In this document: positions 51,336 through 61,122 of the stretch, piece by piece | Numbering within the stretch: position 1 is the stretch's first letter | Layout: the number at the start of each line of letters is the position of its first letter | Assembly: GCA_016861265.1 (NCBI GenBank) | Contig: BOLA01000001.1 | Coordinates: 671,118 to 735,117 of the forward strand | Source of the DNA: Patescibacteria group bacterium | GTDB lineage: Bacteria; Patescibacteriota; Dojkabacteria; J137 | Direction: 5' to 3' | Length of the DNA: 64,000 bases | Translations under genes and position numbers: made by a program | Notes under the pieces: model-generated | The model's database searches: none | Told to the model about the DNA's origin: nothing | Seen by the model: the letters and a program-made list of their open reading frames with translations, nothing else

Positions 51336-52580
51336 ATGAATCAAACAAATAACGGAATAAAAATCAGTAGGGCAGCTACACCATATTTAATAGTATTTGC
51401 ATTGGTGTTTGGTATAGGAATTGGTGCAGTAGTTACATCGGCATTTAAATCTCCTTTTGTTGCAGCGGTAACAAATAGCTCTGTGAATAACAGTACTTCT
51501 AGTGTTACTAATCTAGATACTGACTTCTTTAATAGTGTAACTAAAGTTATACAAGATAATTATATTGGTGATGTTCCTAATACACAAGAATTAACATATG
51601 GTGCTGTTAAAGGGTTCCTTGATTCTCTGGGTAATCAGTATAATTCATTCCTAACCCCTGAAGAGGCTAAAAAATACTTAGATTCCAGGAGTCCAAATAT
51701 AGAGGGGATAGGCGTTACTTTAAGATATGATGGAGAAAATACCGTTGTAGAAACAGTACTCCCAAATTATCCGGCAGCAAAGGCAGGAATTAAGACTGGT
51801 GATGTAATTATTGAGGTGGATGGTGAACAAGTTACAGGGGAAATGCCGACTGTAGTAGCAACCAAGGTTAGGGGTGATGCAGGTTCAGAAGTAAAGGTTA
51901 AAGTTTATAGAGCCGAAAATAATGAAGGACAACTAGACTTTACTGTTAAAAGAGAGAAGATTGAAATCGATAATATTTCTTATAAAGACTTAGGCAATGG
52001 AATATATAGAATAAGCATTACGCAATTCCTAGATACAACGGCTGAAGAATTCAACAAAAAATGGGATAGTATTGTATTAGAAATTAGCTCAAAAGGTGAT
52101 GTTAAGGGAATTGTAATGGATTTAAGAAGTAATCCTGGAGGATATGTCTATTCAGTAAGGCATGTTCTAGAAGAGTTCTTACAGGATGGTAAGATTTTAA
52201 TGTCCGAAGAAATAAAGAATAAACCAAAGAGTGATTACAAAGATTCTAGAGTCGGGAAATTTGAGCAAGTACCACTCGTTGTTCTAGTAAACGAAGGTAG
52301 TGCATCCGCTTCAGAAATATTTGCTACTTCAATTCAGGATAACCAAAGAGGAAAAGTTGTAGGTAAAAAAACAGTAGGAAAAGGAGTAGAGCAGCAAGTT
52401 ATGACTTTAGATGATGGTAGTATGCTGATTTTAGTATTTCAAAAGTGGCTAACACCATCAGGAAGAAATGTTACACCAGAGAATTCTGTGACACCTGATT
52501 TTGAAATTGATTATACTCAGGAGAATGCTAAAGCAGGAATAGACCCTCAACTAGATAAGGCTAAGGACTTATTAAAGTAA
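51336..52580 (+). CDS. S41 family C-terminal processing protease (CtpA-like)
   Basis: TM, PDZ (GIGV, PAAKAGIKTGD), DLRSNPGG, SASASEI, GKGVEQ; start ATG 51336 lies after the terminator. Confidence 0.93.
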   Translation: MNQTNNGIKISRAATPYLIVFALVFGIGIGAVVTSAFKSPFVAAVTNSSVNNSTSSVTNLDTDFFNSVTKVIQDNYIGDVPNTQELTYGAVKGFLDSLGNQYNSFLTPEEAKKYLDSRSPNIEGIGVTLRYDGENTVVETVLPNYPAAKAGIKTGDVIIEVDGEQVTGEMPTVVATKVRGDAGSEVKVKVYRAENNEGQLDFTVKREKIEIDNISYKDLGNGIYRISITQFLDTTAEEFNKKWDSIVLEISSKGDVKGIVMDLRSNPGGYVYSVRHVLEEFLQDGKILMSEEIKNKPKSDYKDSRVGKFEQVPLVVLVNEGSASASEIFATSIQDNQRGKVVGKKTVGKGVEQQVMTLDDGSMLILVFQKWLTPSGRNVTPENSVTPDFEIDYTQENAKAGIDPQLDKAKDLLK

Positions 52581-53669
52581 TTAGTCCTCAACTTCATTTT
52601 CTGATAAAGTTTCCCCTGATCGAATAACTTTATTTGTAGTTTCTAATATCTCGCTTAGGTCACCTTCAAAAACAACTTGGTTTATATTAAACCATGATTT
52701 TCCTATTCGGTGGTCGGTTATTCTTCCTTGAGGAAAATTATATGTTCTTATCTTAGAAGACCTTTTCCCCCCCATTATAGACTCATTTCTCAGGGTATTA
52801 AGTTCGCTAGTTACTTTTTCTTGTTCAATTTCATTGAGTCTTGATGCAAGTACCATCATAGCCATTTCTTTGTTTGTGTGTTGAGACTTGCTGGTCTGGC
52901 AGGTGACTGTAATCTTTGTCGGAATATGTGTTATTCTCACGGCCGAATCTGTAGTATTAACTGACTGGCCACCGGGTCCACTAGACCGATATACATCTAT
53001 TCTTAGATCTGATTGTTTTATCTCAATAGAATCTATGTCTATTTTCGGCATCACTACAACAGATGCTGTTGAAGTATGCACCCTTCCAAGTGTTTCTGTT
53101 TTTGGAACTCTTTGAACTCTATGTACACCTGATTCGAATCTGAATAATCCAAAAGTATTAGGCTTATCAACTAGAAAAGTTGCCCCACTAATTCCCCCTT
53201 CGGTATTGTAGTCAATAGAAAAGATTTCAATTTTTATATTATTACTTGCACAGTATTTCTGATACATACCCATTAAGTCCTCAGCAAACAAAGCTGCTTC
53301 GACCCCTCCGACACCCGGCCTTATTTCAAATATTGATCTCTTATCGTCATCTTTTAGGGGCTCAATTAATAGGGATTCCAATTTGGTATAGATGTCATCT
53401 AAGTTTAAATTAATAGATTCGATCTCTGCTTCTGCTAAGTCTTGGAGTGATTCGTCCGAAAGCATTGAATGCGTATCTTCTAAAGAACTTAGGTAGTAAG
53501 TCGCTTGCTGAAAGAGTTTTTTTATTTCTGCATTTTGATTATATCTCTTTAGGGTTTCAATATATTCTGGAGAAGAAAAATTATGATTAGAATTACTATC
53601 AAATTCATTTATAGAATTCTGGATAGAGTCAATATCGATTTTTTTTAGAAGGTTTTGTATTTTATGCAT
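52581..53669 (-). CDS. prfA: Peptide chain release factor 1
   Basis: ESGVHRVQRVPKTE (PxT), GPGGQSVN, IRTYNFPQGRITDHR. Confidence 0.96.
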   Translation of the reverse strand: MHKIQNLLKKIDIDSIQNSINEFDSNSNHNFSSPEYIETLKRYNQNAEIKKLFQQATYYLSSLEDTHSMLSDESLQDLAEAEIESINLNLDDIYTKLESLLIEPLKDDDKRSIFEIRPGVGGVEAALFAEDLMGMYQKYCASNNIKIEIFSIDYNTEGGISGATFLVDKPNTFGLFRFESGVHRVQRVPKTETLGRVHTSTASVVVMPKIDIDSIEIKQSDLRIDVYRSSGPGGQSVNTTDSAVRITHIPTKITVTCQTSKSQHTNKEMAMMVLASRLNEIEQEKVTSELNTLRNESIMGGKRSSKIRTYNFPQGRITDHRIGKSWFNINQVVFEGDLSEILETTNKVIRSGETLSENEVED

Positions 53670-53705
53670 AAAAAATCCCTTATAAAGAATATAAGGGATT
53701 AAAAA
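53670..53705 (-). terminator. Terminator-like hairpin between rpmE and prfA
   Basis: AATCCCTTATA/TATAAGGGATT with a minus-strand T-run immediately before the prfA ATG. Confidence 0.6.
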
Positions 53706-53722
53706 TTATAAGTAAATGATGC

Positions 53723-54034
53723 TTATTTAATTTGAGCAAGCATGTCTTTTAATGTAACTGCACCTGCAGAAGAAACTGATTTTTTCTTCTCGATTCTTTT
53801 CTGCTTTTTAGATACTAGAGTACCTACTGGCTTAGCTGCATTCAATTTTTTATTAAACTTGTCTACAAGGTTATCAGTGTCAACTAACATCTGCTTTCCA
53901 GTGTAATAAGGATGGCAATTAGCGCAAAGTTCAACCTTTACACCATTTATTGTAGATCCTAATTTGTATTCTGTTTTGCAGGTGTTGCAGATTATTACTG
54001 TCTCCTGGTATTCTGGATGTGTATTCTTTCTCAT
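53723..54034 (-). CDS. rpmE: 50S ribosomal protein L31 (zinc-binding type, extended)
   Basis: HPEY, CNTC, CANCHPYYTGKQ. Confidence 0.96.
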   Translation of the reverse strand: MRKNTHPEYQETVIICNTCKTEYKLGSTINGVKVELCANCHPYYTGKQMLVDTDNLVDKFNKKLNAAKPVGTLVSKKQKRIEKKKSVSSAGAVTLKDMLAQIK

Positions 54035-54124
54035 AGCCTATATAAATTCAGAAATTTAGTGCTAAAATTATACCTGTTAAACCTTATTAAGTAAAGTTAA
54101 TTTTATACCCGTTATTTTAAGTTT

Positions 54125-54634
54125 ATGACTATCAAAAAGCTTGCAGACAAAGAGATTTCCCTAGACACTCAATCAACCACAGTTAAAGTAAGTTATGTAG
54201 ACTCATTTAAAGTTACTGTAGGAGAAAGCATAATTGATAAGCCAGGTGAGTATGAAATTGGAGGTATTTCCGTAATGGCCTTGGAAGTTCCAAATCCTGA
54301 TTATGTGGTAGTAAACGATTTTGTTGCTATACATTCAGAGGGAATTGACATTGGATTCTTGTTTGGAGAAAAAGGTTCAAATAAAGAATTTTTAAAAGAT
54401 ATAGCTAATATAGACATACTAGTGGTAAGTCCTGATTTAAATGTTGAGAACGTGAAAAGAGTTATAACCCTTTTTGAGCCACAATACTTGGTTATACTAA
54501 ACAGTAAAAATATTGAAGACGTGAAGAAGTCGTATAATTACCCTAACTATTCGGAAGAAAAAACATTGAAGGTTAAAGACAGCGACTTTCCTAGAGGAGA
54601 GAATATTGTAGTAAGACCAGTAATTCTAAAATAA
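54125..54634 (+). CDS. Degenerate MBL-fold protein
   Basis: IDKPGEYEIGGI, IDILVV and EPQYLV resemble a short MBL-fold family; metal-binding His motif absent. Confidence 0.55.
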   Translation: MTIKKLADKEISLDTQSTTVKVSYVDSFKVTVGESIIDKPGEYEIGGISVMALEVPNPDYVVVNDFVAIHSEGIDIGFLFGEKGSNKEFLKDIANIDILVVSPDLNVENVKRVITLFEPQYLVILNSKNIEDVKKSYNYPNYSEEKTLKVKDSDFPRGENIVVRPVILK

Positions 54635-54644
54635 AATTAAGTTA

Positions 54645-55976
54645 ATGAGTCTTAAGTTACCGCCAAATAATGTAGAAGCTGAAAAAGCAGTAATTGGTTC
54701 TATCCTTATTGATAATGATACCTTCAATAAGGTTGGGGACCTTATAAGGGCTGAGTTTTTTTATGACCCTAAGCACCAAGTAATATTTGCCAATATTGTT
54801 AATCTATACAATTCAAGTAAGCCTATTGATTATCTAACTCTTTCAACCGAGCTTAAGAAAAATAAAAAATTGAAAGAAGCAGGTGGGGTAGAGTATTTAA
54901 ATGAGATTCTTAACTTTGTTCCGACTTCGGCGAATGTATTAGAGTATGCCAACATAGTAAAGGAGAATGCTGTAAGAAGGCAGTTAATTACATACTCCGG
55001 TAAATTTGATGAGTTGGCCAGAAAGGAAGATGAACCACTCGAAAGTGTACTTAATACATTAGAAAAAGACGTCTTCTCCCTTTCTCAGGACAGTACAAAA
55101 AGTGATTTTGCTGGTGCGTCTGAACTTATTGTTCAGCAAATGGCAAAAGCAGATGAATACGCTAAAAACCCAGGAGCACTAAGGGGATTGCCAACGGGGT
55201 TAAAAGATCTAGATAAGCACTTAGGAGGCCTTCATAAATCTGATTTAATTATACTCGCTGCTAGACCTTCCGTAGGTAAGTCTGCATTTAGTTTCGATAT
55301 AGCTAGACATATTGCAGTAAGAGACGGTAAAACGGTAGCCCTATTCTCACTTGAAATGCCTGCTGTACAGGTTATCGAAAGAGTTATGGCTGCACAGGTA
55401 CATATGGATTTGTGGGACATTAGAATGGGGAATGTAAAAGATTGGGATAAATATAGTAAAGGTGTAGGTGAAATATCAAATGCCAAATTGTTTGTTGATG
55501 ATACTGCAGGGATTAATATAATGCAGTTAAGGAGTAAGATAAGAAGATTGAAACTTGAACATGGTTTAGATTTTGTAGTAATCGACTATTTGCAGCTAAT
55601 GCAAGGTAGTGGTTCAAGGACTTCTCTGGATAATAGAGCGCAGGAAGTCGGAGAAATATCTAGATCTCTTAAAATATTGGCGAGAGAATTAAAGATTCCA
55701 ATTATGGCATTATCTCAGTTAAACAGATCTGTAGAAACGAGAGGCGGTGTACCTCAATTATCGGATCTTAGGGAGTCTGGTTCTATTGAGCAAGATGCTG
55801 ACTTGGTTATATTTTTAAGTAGAGATATGACTGCCACTGAAGATATGGACGCTGCAGAGGCTAATCCAAAGATTGATGTAAGCGTAACTATTGCAAAACA
55901 TAGAAATGGACCTATCGGAACGGTGAAGGTAAGATTTGTCTCTAGGCAGACTAGATTTGAGGACTGGACTGATTAA
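54645..55976 (+). CDS. dnaB: Replicative DNA helicase DnaB
   Basis: PPNNVEAEKAVIG, AARPSVGKS, FSLEM, IDYLQLM, LSQLNR, DLRESGSIEQDAD. Confidence 0.98.
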   Translation: MSLKLPPNNVEAEKAVIGSILIDNDTFNKVGDLIRAEFFYDPKHQVIFANIVNLYNSSKPIDYLTLSTELKKNKKLKEAGGVEYLNEILNFVPTSANVLEYANIVKENAVRRQLITYSGKFDELARKEDEPLESVLNTLEKDVFSLSQDSTKSDFAGASELIVQQMAKADEYAKNPGALRGLPTGLKDLDKHLGGLHKSDLIILAARPSVGKSAFSFDIARHIAVRDGKTVALFSLEMPAVQVIERVMAAQVHMDLWDIRMGNVKDWDKYSKGVGEISNAKLFVDDTAGINIMQLRSKIRRLKLEHGLDFVVIDYLQLMQGSGSRTSLDNRAQEVGEISRSLKILARELKIPIMALSQLNRSVETRGGVPQLSDLRESGSIEQDADLVIFLSRDMTATEDMDAAEANPKIDVSVTIAKHRNGPIGTVKVRFVSRQTRFEDWTD

Positions 55977-56120
55977 AAAGCTTCATAAATTTGTTATAAT
56001 TCTATTTAATGCTAATGGGTTCGAGAGAGTTTCGATTTATGGCATATGTGAGGTTAACTGTGGATTTATTCAAATTTCGATATATACCAAGGTATATACT
56101 GTTATAATCACTTAGTTTAC

Positions 56121-56204
56121 GCCGAGATGGTGGAATTGGTAGACACGTCAGACTCAAAATCTGGTGCTGGCAACAGTGTGAGGGTTCGAGTCCCTCTCTC
56201 GGTA
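56121..56204 (+). tRNA. tRNA-Leu (CAA)
   Basis: GCCGAGA/TCTCGGT-A acceptor, TCAGA-CTCAAAA-TCTGG, variable arm. Confidence 0.95.
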
Positions 56205-56229
56205 TTTTATTTAACTTAGTTAAACTATT

Positions 56230-56895
56230 ATGATTGATTTAATAGCAAAGCTGATTTCAGGAGATGGCCTAACTAGCGTATTAGTTGGTGTTGCAGTATA
56301 TCTAGCATCTTTATGGGTTCTATTCAGTTTCTGGGTATATCTTGATGCTAAGAAGAGGTATGGAAAAACATACATAGCAGCTTTGTTCTTTGTAGTAGTT
56401 TTAATATTCAGCTTCCCCGCATTAGTATTCTATTTGATTACCAGACCTGAGGATGAGAATGACTATATAATTTTTCCCTCCGAAAATGTAAGTAACAAAG
56501 GTGTGAATGTTCCTATTGTTAATTTTATAGGTAAGGATGGAAAGGTAAATCTAAGTTTTGAATTAAAAATAAATAACCCTGAATTTTTAAATAATTCTGA
56601 CATGGCTGTAAACATCGATTGGAAATCTCAGAAGCCTGAATTTGTTCACGAAGTGAAGCCAGTAGATGTTGTAATCGAGAATCCAAAATCAGAAGAAAAA
56701 AGTAATAAAAAGGATAAAAAAAATAAGAATAGTAAAAAAAATGAACAGCAGGCAAAACCCGAGGTTAAGTCTGTTGTAATGACTAATAAGCAGAAAGCAT
56801 TTGGTGCGATTAAGAATGTTCAGAAGAGAGTATCTGGACTAAAGCCTCGATTTAGTCTTCCTTCGAAGAAGGCATCATCAAAAACAACAAAATAA
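56230..56895 (+). CDS. Hypothetical membrane protein (2 N-terminal TMs, basic tail)
   Basis: WVYLDAKKR and YLITRP TM hairpin; Lys-rich C-terminus. Confidence 0.75.
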   Translation: MIDLIAKLISGDGLTSVLVGVAVYLASLWVLFSFWVYLDAKKRYGKTYIAALFFVVVLIFSFPALVFYLITRPEDENDYIIFPSENVSNKGVNVPIVNFIGKDGKVNLSFELKINNPEFLNNSDMAVNIDWKSQKPEFVHEVKPVDVVIENPKSEEKSNKKDKKNKNSKKNEQQAKPEVKSVVMTNKQKAFGAIKNVQKRVSGLKPRFSLPSKKASSKTTK

Positions 56896-56947
56896 ACTTT
56901 GTTAGTAATTATATGTATAATATCCTTAATAAGGATATATTTGCACC

Positions 56948-58249
56948 ATGAATCGAAATTCAATTCTTTTTAAAATTAAAAATACCAAAATCTATAACTC
57001 ACTATTTTTAGTTTTAAGGAATTTAAGAACTAAACGAGGAGTTCAAAATTACAAAAAAAATTTTTCATTTAAATTTAATAAAAGTAGCATACTTCTATAT
57101 CTTCTAATATTAGCGCTTCTAGGGGCTATATTATTTAATATATCAAAATACTCACAACTAAGCTTTTCCCCTTATTTAGATGCATCTGAACTTGAAACTA
57201 GACCATTAATTCTAGAGGACTCTAAGGAAATTAATACATTATTTATTGGTTTCGATGACACACAGAATTCCTATAAGTTTATAAATATGATAGCTATAAT
57301 TTCTTTGGATTATCAGACTGCCTCAATAAAAACCTATACACTTAATCCTAATTATATAGTTAATATAAACGGTAATAAAGTTACTCTTAGGGCTGCATTT
57401 AATGTTTTAACAAGTCAAAGTAGTGAAAAGATGAATGATGTTCAAAAGCTAATTGAGAATTTATCGGCAATTAGAATAGACAGGTATATAGCTTTCAACT
57501 ACTCCGAGTTGCCCAATCTACTTGCGCTAACAGACTTATCAGTGGAGTCGGATGAAAGTTACAAACTTGGAGATAACTTTATTACGGAAGGTGAAGTTAT
57601 AAGAGGGGATAAATTGAACGCTTTTGTTACATTTGATAACAATCCAGATGATAAGGCTTTAAAAAGGCAGTCAATGTTTTTAAAGGAATTCCTTGAAAAC
57701 TTGCGCGATAAATTTGCACTTTATAAGTACTTTTTAAATTCTAAAGAATTTAGTCAAGTTATACATACTAACCTTAACAAAGATGAATTTATTAGATTCA
57801 TAATAAATATTTCTAGTACGGATACTACTATCCTTAATGACTTTGCTTCAGAGAAATTAACATTAAAAGACTTATCCAAATTAAATAGAGAAGAAGGGAT
57901 AGAGCATAGTGCCATGCTTTTAGATGAGGATGTTTCTCAATTATTTAGGAATATCTCAATAATTAAAGAACAGGCAAAACTAGAAATATTCAATGCAACT
58001 GAAACTTCTGGTGTTGCTTATAATTTAAAACGTAAATTTGAGAATTCGGGTATTACGGTAATAAAGACAGGTAACTACCCCGATATTGTGTCGGAAAATA
58101 TTTTATATATACCAAAAAATAATCCGGATTATTTTTTGAATACTATAAGATTTATAAGATCCATTTTAAGAGACAATGTTAAGGTGGTCTATGGTGATTA
58201 TAAATTTAATTATTCAGGAGATATGATTTTAGTTATTGGAAAAATTTAA
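56948..58249 (+). CDS. LytR-CpsA-Psr (LCP) family protein with LytR_C domain
   Basis: TM, NTLFIGFD, IRIDRYI, KRQ; C-terminal EIFNATETSGVA...LVIGK. Confidence 0.8.
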   Translation: MNRNSILFKIKNTKIYNSLFLVLRNLRTKRGVQNYKKNFSFKFNKSSILLYLLILALLGAILFNISKYSQLSFSPYLDASELETRPLILEDSKEINTLFIGFDDTQNSYKFINMIAIISLDYQTASIKTYTLNPNYIVNINGNKVTLRAAFNVLTSQSSEKMNDVQKLIENLSAIRIDRYIAFNYSELPNLLALTDLSVESDESYKLGDNFITEGEVIRGDKLNAFVTFDNNPDDKALKRQSMFLKEFLENLRDKFALYKYFLNSKEFSQVIHTNLNKDEFIRFIINISSTDTTILNDFASEKLTLKDLSKLNREEGIEHSAMLLDEDVSQLFRNISIIKEQAKLEIFNATETSGVAYNLKRKFENSGITVIKTGNYPDIVSENILYIPKNNPDYFLNTIRFIRSILRDNVKVVYGDYKFNYSGDMILVIGKI

Positions 58250-58253
58250 TTCT

Positions 58254-58979
58254 ATGTCAGGACATTCAAAATGGAAAACAATTAAACATGCAAAAGGTGT
58301 TCAAGATGCAAAGCGCGGTGCAATCTTTTCTAGATTATCTAAGGATATTATTATTGCCACTCAATTAGGCGGCGGTTCTGATATTAAGTTCAATACTTAT
58401 CTAAGAGTCGCAGTGGAGAAGGCAAAAACGGCAAATATGACCACTGAGAAAATTGATAAGGCAATTGCAAAGGGTATGGGGAAGGCTGATGGGGATTCGC
58501 TACTCGAAAAAACATACGAAGTTAATGGCTTTGGTGGGGTTGTTATATTGATTGATTGCGAGACTGATAATTCTAATAGGACTGTAGGCGAATTAAAGAA
58601 TATAGTGAATAAAATAGGTGCAAAATTAGTTCCAGAAGGATCTTTATCTTGGAATTTTGAAGAGTTAGGAAAGATTGTAATCGAAAAGAAAGATAACATA
58701 GACGAAACTTTATTAAATATAATCTCGCTAGAAGGAGTAGTTGATGTTGAAAATGAAGAAAGCATAATTACAATTTATACAAATAGAGAAGATTTAAAAT
58801 CCGTACTAGAATTAATAAAAGGAAATATCAGCGATTATAACTTTGTTGAGGCAAATTTAGTTAAGGTTGCTAAGGATAAGTTAGATGTTTCAGAAGAAAT
58901 TTATAAGAAGAACGAGGAACTGATTGATGAAATAAAAAATCATTCCGATGTGGTATACGTATGGGATAATATTAATTAA
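58254..58979 (+). CDS. YebC/PmpR family protein
   Basis: MSGHSKWKTIKHAK, ETDNSNRT; true start at 58254. Confidence 0.95.
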   Translation: MSGHSKWKTIKHAKGVQDAKRGAIFSRLSKDIIIATQLGGGSDIKFNTYLRVAVEKAKTANMTTEKIDKAIAKGMGKADGDSLLEKTYEVNGFGGVVILIDCETDNSNRTVGELKNIVNKIGAKLVPEGSLSWNFEELGKIVIEKKDNIDETLLNIISLEGVVDVENEESIITIYTNREDLKSVLELIKGNISDYNFVEANLVKVAKDKLDVSEEIYKKNEELIDEIKNHSDVVYVWDNIN

Positions 58980-58993
58980 TTAATATTATTTGT

Positions 58994-59488
58994 ATGAGAG
59001 TTTTAGGAATTGATGTGGGTTTTGCAATTACTGGTTGGTCTATTTTAGACAAAGACCCTTCTTATAAAAATGGGATGAGACTGGTTGAATATGGTGCGAT
59101 CCTAACAACTCCAGATGAACAATTCGAGCAGAGGCTTCTTATACTTCATACAGATTTAGATAAAATTATAAAAGAATTTAAACCAGAGCATATCGCAATT
59201 GAAAGTCTTTTCTACTTTAAGAATCAAAAAACTGTAATGACTGTTGCTCAAGCAAGAGGTGTTATACTATTAACAGCACAGCTAAATGGTTTAGAAATAT
59301 TTAATTATACGCCTTTGCAAGTTAAGACAAGCGTTACTGGTTACGGTAGGGCTGAAAAGGCCCAGATACAGAAGATGGTGAAAATGATTTTTGGATTAAA
59401 AGAAGCTCCTAAGCCTGATGATGTTGCGGATGCTGTGGCAATTGCATATTGTCATTCAAATACATACAGACTCTCTAAGAAAATATGA
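58994..59488 (+). CDS. ruvC: Holliday junction resolvase RuvC
   Basis: VLGIDVG, AIESLF, AQARGV, GYGRAEK, DDVADA. Confidence 0.97.
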   Translation: MRVLGIDVGFAITGWSILDKDPSYKNGMRLVEYGAILTTPDEQFEQRLLILHTDLDKIIKEFKPEHIAIESLFYFKNQKTVMTVAQARGVILLTAQLNGLEIFNYTPLQVKTSVTGYGRAEKAQIQKMVKMIFGLKEAPKPDDVADAVAIAYCHSNTYRLSKKI

Positions 59489-60087
59489 TAGGTTACTTAA
59501 AAGGAAAAGTAATTTATATTGATAAGTCGGATATAATATTACTTACAAATAATTCTGTGGGATATAAAATTAGTATTCCGACTAATATAAAATATTTAAT
59601 TGATCAGGATGCAAGTCTATATATTTACACCTCTGTCAAAGAAAATGAAATGTCCTTATGGGGTTTTACAGATAAAAAAGATTTAGACCTATTCGAATAT
59701 TTAATTTCAGTTTCGGGTGTAGGTACAAAAACTGCAATGTCTTTGATTGATGTAAAGGGGTTCGACTTAATAGTTCAATCGATCGTATCTGGAAGTTATG
59801 AAGAATTAAAGGTAAGTGGAGTTGGACCAAAAACTGCTCAAAAGATTGTAATAGAATTAAAGTCTAAGTTAGCTAAACTCACAGAGGGGCTGAACCTAAA
59901 AGCAAATCAGAATTTGAATGATAACAAAAAGATAAACTTATTCCTTGAAGATGCTATAGAAGCACTAACTTCTTTGGGGTATAGAGAGCAGGATATTAGA
60001 AATGCTTATAATAAACTTGATGATCTACAGATGGAGGGAGCTTCTGATTCGCCTAGTTTAGTAAAACTACTACTTAAAGTAATATAA
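59485..60087 (+). CDS. ruvA: Holliday junction branch migration protein RuvA
   Basis: MIGYLKG, VSGVGTKTA, GVGPKTAQKIVIELK, EALTSLGY. Confidence 0.96.
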   Translation: MIGYLKGKVIYIDKSDIILLTNNSVGYKISIPTNIKYLIDQDASLYIYTSVKENEMSLWGFTDKKDLDLFEYLISVSGVGTKTAMSLIDVKGFDLIVQSIVSGSYEELKVSGVGPKTAQKIVIELKSKLAKLTEGLNLKANQNLNDNKKINLFLEDAIEALTSLGYREQDIRNAYNKLDDLQMEGASDSPSLVKLLLKVI

Positions 60088-61097
60088 TGACTGATTTTAC
60101 AGACCCAACTTCGAAAAATGAATCCGAGGAAGTATTAGAAACTTCTTTAAGACCCAGTAATCTAAATGAGATTATTGGTCGTGATCTTGAGAAAAGAAAT
60201 ATTCAGATCATGATCGACTCGGCAAAAAAAAGAAAAAAGGCTTTGGATCACGTTCTCTTTCACGGTCCTCCAGGGCTAGGAAAGACGTCTTTCGCCCATG
60301 TAATAGCAAAAGAAATGGGAGTTCCGATCCATATTACAAATGGCTCGGTTTTAGATAAAGCAGGAGACTTGGCTGCAATTCTTACATCTTTGGAAGATAA
60401 CTCAATTCTATTTATAGATGAAATTCATAGATTAAGACTTCAGATAGAAGAGATTCTTTACCCGGCAATGGAAGATAGCGTTTTAGACATTGTAATTGGT
60501 AAAGGCCCAAATGCCAGGACTCTTAGGCTGGATTTACCTAAATTTACAATTATAGGAGCAACTACTAAATTATCAATGATTAGTGGACCATTAAGGGATA
60601 GATTTGGTATGTCGTTTAGGTTGGATTTTTATACTGACGAGGAATTGAAACATTTAGTTATGCAAAAGGCACGTATGTTAAATATTATTATTGATGACGA
60701 AGCCGCAATGGAGATAGCTAAAAGATCGAGAATGACTGCAAGAATAGCTATAAGAATTTTGAAAAGAGTTCGCGATATGTCAATTGTTGAAAACAAGGAG
60801 TACATAGATATGGAATCTGCGCAAAAGGCGTTAGCACTTCTTGAAATAGATGATAATGGATTAGATATCTTAGATAGAAATATTATTAAGGTCATAATAG
60901 AACACTTCAGTAATAGACCCGTTGGACTGAGTACCTTGGCCGCATCGCTATCTGAAGAGCCCGAGACTATAGAAACTGTTTATGAGCCATTTCTTATAAA
61001 AAAAGGTTTACTAAAAAGAACGCCAAAGGGTAGAGTGGTTACAGATAATGGTCTAAGAAGCTACGGCGGAAATCATTTATTAGATATAGTAGAGTAA
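60087..61097 (+). CDS. ruvB: Holliday junction branch migration helicase RuvB
   Basis: LRP, GPPGLGKT, FIDEIHRL, LYPAMED, PLRDRFG, EPFL, RTPKGR. Confidence 0.98.
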   Translation: MTDFTDPTSKNESEEVLETSLRPSNLNEIIGRDLEKRNIQIMIDSAKKRKKALDHVLFHGPPGLGKTSFAHVIAKEMGVPIHITNGSVLDKAGDLAAILTSLEDNSILFIDEIHRLRLQIEEILYPAMEDSVLDIVIGKGPNARTLRLDLPKFTIIGATTKLSMISGPLRDRFGMSFRLDFYTDEELKHLVMQKARMLNIIIDDEAAMEIAKRSRMTARIAIRILKRVRDMSIVENKEYIDMESAQKALALLEIDDNGLDILDRNIIKVIIEHFSNRPVGLSTLAASLSEEPETIETVYEPFLIKKGLLKRTPKGRVVTDNGLRSYGGNHLLDIVE

Positions 61098-61122
61098 TGA
61101 TGAATAATTTATAATAAGTACT

